A stretch of DNA of 64,000 nt from the human T2T-CHM13v2.0 reference genome, Homo sapiens (GCF_009914755.1 NC_060925.1); one strand, 5' to 3'; shown: positions 25,886 through 39,120, counted from the first letter of the stretch. Numbers and translations: made by a program. Notes: generated from the letters alone by a model not told the origin.

Positions 25886-27044
25886 TTTATTTAAAAAATA
25901 TGTCCATGCCTCTGAACCTTTCCCTATACTAATCTTGTATTCTAGAATGCAATCTCTATGTTCTTCCCTATTAGAATTCAACAAATTGTTCAGAACCCAA
26001 TTTGAATGCCACCTCACGATATAACTTTTCTCATACTACTAACATATTCCATTGGCACTCCCTGTACTTACTACTTTGATGATACTTCTCTTGTAGCAAT
26101 AATTTCTGCTTTACAGTATGGTGATTTATGTATATGTCTTTCTCTGCTAATATTAGAGGACATATTTAGCTACTGCTTTGACTAAAAATCCCCAAAGATT
26201 CAACACTTTGATTAGTGTTAAAATATATGGAGTTCTTGTATTGTTATAACAAAAAGTGGGATTCTGACAAAAAAAAAAGCAGATCACCAAAACCACAGGA
26301 GTTGGAGAATGGTTTTCCTCAATGATTCTCGAATTAATGTGTTTTTTTTTGGTTTTTAATATAAAGTCATCCCATCAAATTATGATATTTTGAAAATATT
26401 TGAGGTATACAGTATAATTTTCTTCCTTTCAGTAGTTTATTACTTATAATAAACTTAAGTCTCTTAAGTTTCTTTCCAAGAGTTTTAAATCACTCAGGCT
26501 GAATTTTTAGAAATCTTGCCTTTTTATTTTCAATTTGAAAATAAAATGTGAGATATCTATTAAGATTCTGTTAAAAACAATGGGAGCTCAAAAATTGTGG
26601 GAGGAAGTATGTCTAACTGCATAAGGAAAAATAAAAGCAATTTTTTCCCACCTGAGAAATTTTACTCATAGAAAAGACACACTACCCATGTGGAAATTAA
26701 GTATTCAATCATCTATAATTAACAGGCTGGATAATTAGATTGCTGGATATTTTAAATTAATCTAGGTAGTATATATATTTCCCCAGGCCCTGCTAGCTTG
26801 AGTGGCTAAAGAAGCAAAGAATATAGGTTGAAATAATAATGCTAACACACACACACACACATGAACACACATATGCATGCTCATCTTTGTCTGAACTTAT
26901 GTACAACAGAGTTAACTTTTCCTTTAAAAATATGAGTTCCAGATAAATTCTCTGGGTGCCTCAGAATTTGAATTGAGGGTGGCAGTTGCCAGATTCAGTC
27001 CCAAAGTGCCATACCTCAAACAGTCCCATTCTCAGGAAAGTCCC

Positions 27045-28551
27045 TCTTTAGTTATCATCCCTGATGATACTCTGCTCCCCTGACAGCACTACACCCTCAA
27101 GAGTTACCACAGAGATCAGGTGTGCCCCTCTGTGTAAGGCTATGAGCCACTCCCATAAGACATTACCTGATGTGCTCTGCCCCCACTCACAGTCCAGGGA
27201 CTATGGCATATATCTTCTTGGGCACCATGGAGGACTTCTTTCAGATGGTAGGAAAAAGACTTTCTCCCTTAGGCATGGAGAGGTTGAAGCTGCAATAGAT
27301 GTCAAGATTTTGCCTTCACTCTTCTTAGAGAATCCATCATTACTAGTGCAAGTCAAAGTTGTTTACAAAAATAAGTGCATTGAATTTTGTTTGAGACTTG
27401 TTTTCTTCTAAATACAGAGATGATTTTGTCTCATCTTCAAGACCAGGCTACAGAGGATCAGAAAGGTGTAGCCAGTGCAGTTTTCTTTAATAAGAATGGA
27501 GGCTGTATATGTGCCACATTTTCTTAATCCAGTTTATCATTGATGAATATTTGGGTTGGTTCCAAGTCTTCGCTATTGTGAATAGTTCCACAATAAACAT
27601 ATGTGGGCATGTGTCTTTATAGTAGGATGATTTATAATCCTTTGGAATACTATGCAGCCATAAAAAAGGATGAGTTCGTGTCCTTTGTAGGGACATAGAT
27701 GAAGCTGAAAACCATTGTTCTGAGCAAACTATCGCAAGGACAGAAAACCAACCACTGTATGTTCTCACTCATAGGTGGGAATTGAACAATGAGAACACTT
27801 GGGCACAGGGCGGGGAACATCACACACTGGGGCCTGTCATGCAGCGTGGGCAGCGGGGAGGGATAGCATTAGGAGAAATACCTAATGTAAATGAGGAGTT
27901 AATGGGTGCAGTGAACCAACATGGCACATGTACACATATGTAACAAACCTGCACGTTGTGCACATGTACCCTAGAACTTAAAGTATAACTAAAAAAGAAG
28001 AGAATGGAGGCTGATTCATTAGCACAAATATTAGGGTTGGTTGGTATCCGCAGATGTAGCTTCACAGTACATATTTCCCAGTAAGTCAAATAAAAATTTT
28101 CTTAGTACTCATGGAAGAGATAATCCACGTGTTCCACAACATTCTTTATTGAAAATCCATGTTCTGTGGCCTGTGTAAATGCCTTAGGAAGGTCAGTTCT
28201 GTAGAAAGCTTGATCAATATCACTGGGATGGTGAGGCTGTACCTTTAGAGATGTGTATTGGAGCTTTGAGTGCCCAGCTTGGATTAAAATGATAAAATCT
28301 GATTGCATCATAGCAATACCAAGGACGTGTACTTCAGCATTCATATCTCTGTCAGTCATTCCAATATCATAATATCTAGAAACTTGCAATTACTCTGTAG
28401 TCTCCACAAACTTGAGATATTCTTTCAGAGTCTCAGCCTCTGGGTTTTGGAGGCTCACTCATTTACTGTTCTTATTTTGCTGCTTTTCCAGGTATATTTT
28501 GTTTTTAAAACATTTAGCTCTCATGTAAGATACATTTTCTGTGCACTCCAT
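27045..28551 (-). pseudogene. Candidate decayed Mab21/cGAS-like (cGLR) nucleotidyltransferase gene, disrupted by an L1
   Basis: Ordered Mab21-type motifs at family-like spacing: NKIYLEK-x22-LKFVE; YYD-x8-NAEV; AGHSKLQ; LALVMMDSLR; SYHLK-x14-W; CLMGVAHSLTQRGTP. Aligned by eye only. Confidence 0.62.
27506..28000 (+). mobile_element. 5'-inverted (twin-primed) L1PA 3' fragment
   Basis: Antisense 27506-27645, then sense 27643-28000 with an A-rich tail; 13-bp TSD agaatggaggctg at 27493-27505 and 28001-28013. Confidence 0.93.
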
Positions 28552-31500
28552 ATACAATGAAAATATGCTTATCCTGAAAATCATGTAAGTGGCAAGTCAC
28601 AAGGATGAACAACTATTCATATTCAAGAAAATGTATTCCTTTCATTCTTCATGATTATTATTCATGAGCTTCTCCACTGTGCAGGGCATTGTTCCAGATT
28701 CTAGAGTCTGAAGAGGGTAGCATTAAAATGTGACTTTGGAAGCCTAGATTCAACATTTTTCTCTATCGTTAAGTAGATCTGTGACTCAAGGTTAATTTCT
28801 TAACTTCTATAAGATTTGGGCTTTTTATTTGTAAAATAAAGGGGTTGAACTTCACAAGTTCAACCCTTTCCAGGTCCTTTCCAGGTCTGAAATTCTATGA
28901 TATTACAACTATAAAAATCCTCATGTAAATATTTGCAAGTATAGGATAAGCAGTTAAAACTCTGTAAAGTATAAAGTTCTAACACATGAGGTTCTAAGTG
29001 ATATAACTTGATTTGGAAAGTATCTTTGATGAGCTGGAGACGAAAAAAAGTACTGAAAAAAAGACTGGCAACCTATATGTTGCAAGTCATATTTCTGTGA
29101 CTTATCTCACCTTCCTCTGGTTTCGTATTCAGAACAAGTTTTATCACAATTTGCACCTAAGTAGAATCAAAGTAGGATATAAAATCAATCATGTTTATTC
29201 TGTTTTCATACATCATTTAAAATTACCTAATGTACCAAGTGTCTGTAATTGGTCCCAGTTTATCATTTGTGGACTCAAATGACAAGACTGTATGTCCAGA
29301 GACGACGTGAGAATACCATTTCATTACTTCAACTCGGTTAGGTCTGTGTGACCAAGAAGAGGCAAGCTTGTAATTGGCAATGAGACCTGGACAGTCGGGA
29401 GGAAAGGAGAATGATAGCCCAAGCAGACAGTAAAAAAGATGGACGACCTGTAGGTGAGAGGAGGGCTCAATGGGCTGGGAACATGACTGTACTGAGAAAG
29501 AATCATCGTAGTGCAACATCTTAGTGCAGGCCTGGGAAGGCACATTAGCAACTGTTGATCTGGATGATGGCTGGGTGGCTCTGTTCAGCTGCTAATTTTA
29601 TCTTTTCTCTTTTTTATTATTAGTCACAAAATGAATCACTTGCATTAAGAGCCAGTATAAGTCATAAAACAACAATACATTAACTATGTTATTTTCCCTG
29701 CACAACATTTATTGTTGTTGTTTTCCCTCAATGCCAGTTATTATGAATACATTGCAGAAATTTAGAATAATATACAGGATTATGAGACAAAGACTCACAA
29801 AGGCTAATTGTATCCCATGTTCTCTTTTTAATTGTTACTTATTAATTTATATGATGCTTCAGGGTAATCAAATCCCCTCACCAAAATCAAAGACAAGGAA
29901 AGCCATCAACGCATACTGAAATGAAATTTAAAATATCTAAAGAATTACATTGTTTACTTCATTCTTCCCAAGTGCCTGCCAAAAAGTACCTGGATATGCA
30001 AACAGGTGTACAATTAAGTAGAATCTTAGATGTACAAGTCACCAGTGAAAACAGCCTTGATCACTGGAACCTTTCCTAAAAATGACTCATTAAGAGGAAT
30101 TTTATCAAGTATTAAAGGGGCGACCTGCTGTCTTGATGTGCTACTTCCTGGCTGGAGCTGTGAAGGTGCATCAGAAAGAGCCCAATCAAAGCAAAACCAT
30201 AAAGTCAGGTTTTTATTTGAAATGTTTTCGTTTCATATTTCCTCATCTCTCTCTTCCTCCTGCCTAGTTATGATCACTCCATCTTTTAGCACCTAGCACT
30301 TATGCCATACCATTTCCTTTTAGATCTCTGAAAATAATAATAATAGTAGCACTTTTTATGTGATAAATGCTTTAACAAATATTATCTTAATTTTCACTCC
30401 CAAGAGCTCTTGAGATAGGAACTATTATTGTTCCTACTTTTCAAATGAAGTCTTAAAATCAGGAAGAGTTTTGTTCAAGGTCAGCTAGCTGGTACCCAGG
30501 AAAGCCAGAACTTGAATAGATTTGTATGATATTGTTGTTGGAGCTTTATTCTCATGCTGTGTTCCAGCCTTATTTGTGTGTCTTTCCCTCTGGATGAAGG
30601 ATATGAGGGTTTTTTTTTTTTCACCAAGTGCTTGTTTTGAATAGAGTATTTTTACGAAGGAAATGCCCTTAAGAACCAGATAAATCTACCTCCAAAAATA
30701 GTTTAGGTTGGAAGAAATAGTTTTGGCTGAAATTTTCCAAGAACTCTTCAAATCATATCCCCAATTCCAGTGCTTTTCAAGCTAGCCCATCTTCAAGTGT
30801 GAGACGGAGGTAAGCCAAGAAACTAGAAAAAGCATCACTGCTAGATAACAAGACCAGTTCCCTCAGTCAGCATTCCCATATGACAGAGCAAGGCCATAAG
30901 CTACCTTTACCTTCTGGATCCTTGAGCACAGTAGCTTTGCCTCCTGTAATTCACGTGCTGCACACCACTCTGAGTTCTGCTGAGCTGGGCCCAGGACATG
31001 AGCAGTGCTACACGTGGCCAAAGCCCTGGCACTTTATTCCTGCTGACCTCATTTAGCCTAATTACTTTGTCCCCTGCCTTTGGAATAAAGTGTTTTAGAG
31101 ACCCACATATGGCATATGTCAGAATTCCACCAGACAGCTGGGATGACAGGTCTGGGACCTGATCAATGCATTCTTCCTCTCCCCTGGAAAGAAATGAATC
31201 TAGATAAATGGAAAATCAAGGCTGAAAAAATTTGACATCTCTAGAAAAAAGGAAAGCATGAGACTCATCCTTGTCTGAAAAATGCTCAGCCTGATACTGT
31301 GCTAGGAAATGGAGACATCAAGGTAAATAAGACCTGGTCCTTGATGGCATTCACAGAAGGCAAAAATTAAAGTTGTCGAAAAAGCATGATCTATAGATAT
31401 TTACATTTTCAGAACAGATGAGTTTGTTTTTTTCCTGCAGAACAATGATAATCATTTGTATGCCATTTTCCTATTATTTGCTATTGATGCTAAAAAAGAA

Positions 31501-33231
31501 AACTTAAAAATACACTATCCCAGGTGTAAAACAATGATTAAATATAGTGCACTTACAGACTTCTTCACAAACGATAATTGTACAGAGCAGTGATTTTTTT
31601 CAAAGTCAAACAAACTCATATAATTATCACCCCTGAGATGCCTCTGTTTTGTCTCCTCTCAGTCATGACCCCGTCCCCCACAGTATTATGATTTCTATAC
31701 CCTAGATTAATTAAAGTTTTTACGCTTTATATGAATAGAGTCATGTTTGCACGCTTCTGTGTCTGGCTTTTTTTCACTCAACAGTATTTTAATTTGTATT
31801 AATATAAACCCATACAACATTACACAATTAATATTCATTTAAATTTAGCCTAATTACTCTGTCCACTGCCTCTTTATTTCTACTGATGCTCTTCAAAATA
31901 GAGACCTCATTCATTTTTATAATATCTTATCCATGATACACTGTCTCCCTGTACATTTACTTGATCCTATGGGACATAGTATCACACTTAACAGTGATTA
32001 TTGAATTCATTTAAGTGATTGAAATTAAAGAACATCTAGAGAGAGGAAAGTATAATAAGCAAGTGGTAAGGACACACTGAAAGCAAAATCCTGAATAGTA
32101 GAGTGAAGAACCATAGCAATTAGATTCTCAGCATCAGAAGAATTTTCTCTGTTTATGCTTTGAATCTTGTCAATGTTCCACAAACCCATCTCGTTAATTA
32201 TATTCTGCAAGATTTTGTTTGAGGATTCCTTTTTCTCCATGAACCAACAGAATCTTGCCAAATTGCCCTTTGTGTTTCATTAGCCATTCTTTGTTGGTTG
32301 ATTTTCTTCTTTTCACAGTCTAATGAATGTTCAGCCTTGTGATTTCTTCAAAAAAAGTTCGTCATGTACAAGCCTATTGTTCTATAAGAATATTATCAGC
32401 TCTATTCAATCTATGAAGCTATTATTTGTTGCAGAACCTATTTCAAGTTAATAATCTCTATATGTTTAATTAAATAATTTCTAAATTTTTTGCTGTATTC
32501 ATGAGTCAGAACACCACACTGCCTACGCCTTGCTTATAGCAAGGCCTGCTTTTAAGAAATCAAGGAATCTCACACTGGGGTGTGTCACTTTTCCAGTTTA
32601 GGAAAACGAGCATTCTATGGTTAGCAGAGGACAGCAATAAAAAGTGAAAGATGGAGGCAATTTGGTTTTGAGTACTTTGTCTGGAGCAAAACTGTATCTG
32701 CAATGGAAGCATGATAGAAAGGACAATGGGGGGTATCCAATGGCAGTTCAGACCTAAGTAGTCATTGCACATTCAGACAGTCTCTCAAAGACATTTCATC
32801 TTCTAAAGATCTCCTTGGAACACAATTCTGTTCCTATGTAGGTCATGCTTTGGACTTTTCTGTGGCACACAATTGTATTATCTCCAGAATTGTAAAATGC
32901 ATCCTTTTGACATTCAGTGAAAATATTCTTTATACTATAAAGACATCTCCCAGGATTTCCAGGGTAAGGTCACTTTTTGTTGGAATGAAGTAGATAGAGT
33001 TATTATTTGGCAATTCTAGTAGAAAAAATACTTGATGCTATTTACTTTTTAAAAGAGAGAAAACATTTTCCATTTCTGATTTCAAGGGAGTAGTTTACAT
33101 CAGAATGAATTTCCTGTCTTGGGATAAACAACAAAAACTGTATACAATTTTTTAAAAATAAATAAAATAGCTATTTAAAAGCACTGGAGAAGAACTAAGG
33201 CAATCAGAAATAAGAAAAAATACACCAAGTT

Positions 33232-33630
<399 letters not shown>

Positions 33631-33902
33631 TTAACAGTTTTCAAAGTCAACAGCTAAACAAAAGCAGAGACTTAAAGCTTGCTCTAATCTCACTTGGCTA
33701 GTGATGTAAAAATAAGAATTCAGAGATACCAAGGAACTCATGACTTCATAAGCAGGGTTTTGAAGAAAAGGCAACCATAGAGAACAGAACCCACTGTTCT
33801 GCTAGGCTCTTGCCCTCATTATAGTATAAAATGAATAAAGATCCCCTTTGAAGATTCTCAGCTTGTTTTCTGTGGATATGCTTGAAGATTTCTAACTCGT
33901 TA

Positions 33903-33982
33903 TTAGGTTGGCGCAAAAGTAATTGCGATTTTTGTCATTGAAAGTAAGAGCAAAAATCGCAATTACTTTTGCACCAACCTAA
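33903..33982. mobile_element. MADE1 (Hsmar1-derived 80-bp MITE)
   Basis: TA|ttaggttgg...ccaacctaa|TA; the two arms are 31/32 complementary. Confidence 0.95.
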
Positions 33983-34299
33983 TAGAATTAGCCTTCACAG
34001 ACTGCCAGAAACCAGTCAAGATTTGCATGTGAAATATCTAGTATAACCCTGTTAATCTTTTTGTGTAGTTCAAGGTGAGTCTTGGAAAAGCAGTAAGGGA
34101 ACCTCAAGATTCTTGAGACCAGCATCTGATGAGGAAAGGATTAAATGTATGAGAAAACAAGGGCAATGGGTTTTCAGGGGTGACGGGCTGCATTTGTTCT
34201 CATGATTTCCCTGGAAACCCATTCACTGGGGTCTCTTGCTATAATTCTGCCAAGGACTTCATAGCACCTCACATCTCTTTCCTCAGTTTTTACCTAGGG

Positions 34300-34629
34300 C
34301 AGAGGTTAGCAATTTTTTTTTCTGTGAGGTCTAGTTAGTAAATATTTGCAGTTTGTGAGCCAGGTAGCCTCTGTTGCAACTACTTAGTGCTGCAGTTGTG
34401 TGATAAAAGCAGCCAGACATAAAAAGTAAATAAATGATCATGGCTGTGTTCCAATAAAACTTCATGAGCACTGAAATTTAAATTTAATATTTTCATGTCT
34501 CATGAAATAATATTCTTCTTTTGAGTTGTTTTCACCATTTAAAATGTAAAATCCACTCTTTTATCTTAGGCTCTGTGAGAACAGGTGGTAGGGCAGATTT
34601 GGCCTAGGGCTGTAGTTTTCTGACCCCTG
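34300..34629 (+). mobile_element. MER58B-like hAT-Charlie transposon
   Basis: cagaggttagcaa...atggctgtgttccaataaaactt...ctgacccctg. Confidence 0.8.
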
Positions 34630-37000
34630 CCTTGGAGCTTCAAGTCTTTCCTGATATTCAGGGTCCTCAGAAGAGTCAGTACTGTTTTCCTACAAAAAAG
34701 ACATTATGGTCATATAGGATTTGGCAGAAATATTCTGAGGACTATCTGTTTTTGGAATTAACTTCAGCTGCTTAATAACCACCTCGTCAAGAAAGGATGG
34801 CTTGTCAGTTTAGTGGTTGTTTTCAATGTTTGCTCCAGAAATAGCTTGCTTGATTTTTCTCCTTCAGAGTAACAGATTCTAAACATGAATGAGAAATTAT
34901 TCAATATGACTCATGGTTCTGTCAAGAAAGGATGTGGAATGAGACAAGATTTTTTCGTTCTTGTTGAAATTTTACATTTGTTAATGAATGACTTCTATTT
35001 ATGAATATGTATAAAACTTGACTGGATTCCTGCACATGTTCAGTTGGATCATCAGTAAGAAAGTAAGTGACTGGCTGTCTGGTTGAAACAGCATTAAAAT
35101 ACTGACATTTGTCATCTCTTGATGAGTCAAATCAGAGAATAGTCTGATAAATTAGGAAATTAAACAAGAAAGGCAGGATAAATGGCAATAAAATAATAAA
35201 AACATACGATAATACACATCCAACTGTGAGTCAGATTGTTATAGTACAGAAATGTACACTAGAATTAAAAAAATCCTTAAAAATTCCTCCCCCAAATAAT
35301 AATCAATTTATGCAAATGCTTTAAACTCAAATGAGAATGTGTTACAAATACATTTTAGGTTGACAGAAGGATACCATTCCAAGGCAATTTTCCAGCTTTG
35401 GAGAAGGAAAATCAGCACTGATATTTATAGCAGATTGGGAGATGGTTTTCTTGCCTCTTTCAGAAACTGTACCCTCTTTTTCACCGAAAGAGGACTTCTA
35501 ACAAAGGAATTAATTCAGCAGAGTTTCACTAACAAAGAAAAAACTTAGAACATACCAGTATGAGGGCAAAATGTTGCTTCAGTGCAGATATCTTTAGCAA
35601 GATATTCAGTACTTGAGTGAAAAGACTTTCTGTACTTGCTCCTGCAAAACTGTAATATTGCTCAAGTCAAACAGCAAGAGTGAGTTTTGGAAAAACAAGT
35701 AATTGAAAGGACCAGTAGATGGCATAAATAAGTCAGGATAGACTTGTTTTGGTGAAAGAAACAAGGACAATTTGCAGCTCCTTACTTTTATGTCTCCCTG
35801 TCTGTTTAAGCTTGCACTATTTGCCTCTGTGATCCTAGCACACTGAGCTACTACTATGACTTTAGTTCACACTTAAGAAGGATTCCCTGAGCACAAAGCC
35901 CAAAACTTAAAGAAATGATGAGGTCAGAAGAGAGTTATATTTACTATCGTTATTTTCCTACTTCCATCCTCATGCCTTTTTTTCTTTCTCCCTCCCCTTC
36001 TTCTTTCTTTTCATTCTACCTCAAATGCAAACATCTGGGCCACATATATTCCTGGTTTGCCAATGTCATTTGTTGCTAATCCATCTCTGGTTTTTAATTC
36101 TCCCCTCTTCTGAGACTGCAGCACTCATCTCCTCCACAGGTATTCACACTCATGCATTTGATGTTTACCCTTGACAGTATATGTATGTACACTTATAAAA
36201 TATGTAGTGTTTTGTGAAGGTATATATTTTTAGTTTTCATACATGGTGTTATGTTGTTGATTTCTTTGTTTCTTTTTTTTTTTCACTCAATACCAGGTTT
36301 CTAAGAAACATTGAAGTTGCTGTTACTTCCAACTGCCACCTACTATTATTCTATAGATGTACCTACTGCATTTTAATTGGCTATTCCTTTAGAGATGAAC
36401 AACATAGGCCTTGGTTATTAGAGAGTAATTTTTATATTTTCTTTCCATTTCTTAGGGTATTTTGAGACTTTAAAAATACATTTTGTAAAATGGCTTTTAA
36501 AAATTTGATGAGCAGTAAATAAGGCAGAGAAAACAAGGTGTGTGTTTGGGTGTGTGTGTGCATGTATGTGTGTGTGAAAAAGCCTTCTTACTCCTCCACT
36601 ACAAATCTGCTCTCTTCCTTTAAGCCTTCTAAAAGGATTTTCTGATTCTTATTACTACTAATTTTTACATTTTTACCTAGCATAAGTATGAAACACAAGG
36701 AAATATGTTTATTTCACTCTTAGATTTTTGTGACTCTTGTTCTAACAATGTATTTGAAGAAAGAACAAAAGTGAAAATGTTATAAAATTTAAAAACTGGT
36801 GTTGTGTAGCCCACATAATGACTATTCCTAATATGAATCTTCTCCACTTGTGTAATACCTTTTATGGAAAATGAATATATACCATGTTGCATTAAACATC
36901 AGTAAAATATCTGTGTCAGATAGACCGGCAATAATGGTGGGGTGGAAAGATCATATTATTTATTATAGACCAGGCATGGCGAAGTGTTTCTATCAGGGCT

Positions 37001-37275
37001 GCTATCAGCTGTATTGTGTCCCCTCAAAATTTATGTTGAAGCCCTAACGTCCCATGTGACTATATTGGACATAGGGCTTTTAAGGAGGCAATTATGGTTA
37101 AACAAAGTCATAAGGGCCCTGATTCAATAGAACTCATGTCCTTAAAAGAAGATGAAGAGATATCAGTGTGCTCTCTCTCTCTCTGCCATGTGACCACACA
37201 GCAAGAAGGAGGCTCTCTACAAGCCAGGGAGGGAGTGTCCACCCTGGACAACATGACCATGTTGTCACCCTGCAC
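37001..37275 (+). mobile_element. MLT1 (MaLR) LTR, partial
   Basis: tgtgtcccctcaaaatttatgttgaagccctaa...gccatgtgaccacacagcaagaagg. Confidence 0.75.
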
Positions 37276-37329
37276 AATATCTGCATAAAGGCCCAGGTAA
37301 TAAATATTTTAGACTTATGTACATGACAG

Positions 37330-38530
37330 CATTGCGAGACTCATTCTGGAAAACCTCTCTAAGGAGTTGACAGTTGGTTGAGAAATCAATCACGAGCGGA
37401 ACCAGTTACCCAAAATTCAAGGTGTTCTTGGCAGAGTACACAGCAAGTGCAAAGGCTTTGAGGTGTGGAAGTGGCGTTCAGCTTGTGGGGGCAGTGAGGT
37501 GCTCAGGACAATGATAGGGCCAGTGTGTCTGGTGTAGAGTGTGAGTGAGACAGATGAGATATGGAAGGAGAATGAGTACAGGGAGGTCATGATGAAGACA
37601 CAGAAAGGAATGTGGATTTTATCATAAGGATTATCAGAAGATTTTGGAGTGTGTGTGTGTATAGGTAACTTTATATTTATTTGGGACATTTTGAAGCCTG
37701 AAAGTAACTTGATCTGACTTATTTTTTTTTCTTTTTCTTTCTTTCTTTTTTTTTTTTTTTAATAATTTTGTCTACTAAATGGAAACTGGGAGCTCTGGTA
37801 GGAGGCAATTGCAAACCTGAAACACTGATGCTGGAAGGAGTAGGTAGATTTCAGATATTATTTAGATGCTAAATCATCAAGTCTTGTTGATGGATTACAA
37901 GTGGAAGGCAAGGGAAAGAGAGGAATAAAACATTGTGTTTTGATTTCAACAACTATAATAAGGGTGGTGTATTTCAAATGGGAAAAATAGGCAAGGAATA
38001 GTGTTTTTTTTTTTCTGATGAGAAGGCAGTGAAAGTTTATTCTGGACATGTTGTGGAATTAATGAGTAGGCAGTTATATGTACAAGTCCACATGTCAGTA
38101 GAGAATGTGGGTTGTAGTGTGGTCAGCAGCATAGAGATGGATGAAAAGCTATGGGACTATATGGGAGCCCCCAAGGAAGGAATGAGCAGAGAAAAGAAAA
38201 GGAGGGACTTGTAGAAGCTGAGTGATGAAGGAGGAGCCATCAAAGGGCACCAAGAAGAAGCTGTCAGTGAGTCTGGAAGAACCCTTACAACAGAATAGCA
38301 TACAATATGAAAGTGAAGAGCAGAGAGGATTTCAAGAAGGAAAAAGAGCCCAATTGCTTTGGATGCTGCTGAGAGGTTATGAAAGATGAGGACAGAGTGG
38401 TGATCACTGGATTTGGCAGTGGAGGTTGTTGGTGGACTTGACTAGAGTAGTTTCTCTGAAAGAAGGGGATGAAAGCCCTAATGAGCAGTGTTGAGAAGAG
38501 AATGAGTGTATGGATTTGGAGGTGAAGAAA
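37330..38530 (-). mobile_element. L2 fragments, antisense
   Basis: cagcaagtgcaaaggctttgaggtg and tggatttggcagtggaggttgttggtggacttgactagagtagttt. Confidence 0.6.
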
Positions 38531-38715
38531 GAAAATAGGATGAACATTGAACTTGTCTGATAAGCCTGAGATCGAAGGTGATCTCTACCACTTAGTAACT
38601 GAACGATCTGGAAAAAAAAGCACGTAATTTCTTTGAATTTCATCTTGCTTCTCTGTAAATTGTAAATAAAATGCCACACATAAGTGGTGTTATGAGGATT
38701 AAATGAGATAACATA

Positions 38716-39120
38716 AGTATCTTAGTTCATTTGTGCTGCTATAAGAAAATACTGTAGACTGGGCAGTCCACAAAATCAAATTTATTTCCCACAGTTCTGA
38801 GGACTGGGAAGTCCAAGACCAGGGAGTTGGCAGATTTTGCATCTGGTGGGGGCTGCTCTTTGATTCCAAGATGGTGCCTTGTTGCTGCATCCTCCAGAGG
38901 GGAGAAATGCTGTGTTGAAACGAATGGAATGTGCAAAAAGGGGCAAACTTCCTCCATCAAGTGCTTTTCTAAGGGCACCTAATCCCATTCATGAAGGTAG
39001 AGTCATTATGACTCAATCACTGCCTAAAGGTCAGACCTCTTAATACTATTGCACTGGGGATTAAGTTTCAACATTTTCAACATGAATTTTGGAGGGGATA
39101 CCATCATTCAAACCACAGCA
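38716..39120 (-). mobile_element. MST (MaLR) solo LTR inserted in a MIR
   Basis: tcttagttcatttgtgctgctataagaaaatac...catgaattttggagggg...attcaaaccacagca. Confidence 0.82.

Noticed and set aside
27045-28551. Endogenous bornavirus-like (L or G) origin for this coding-like stretch
   Set aside because: Only scattered short resemblances, out of order; the Mab21 motifs match in both order and spacing.
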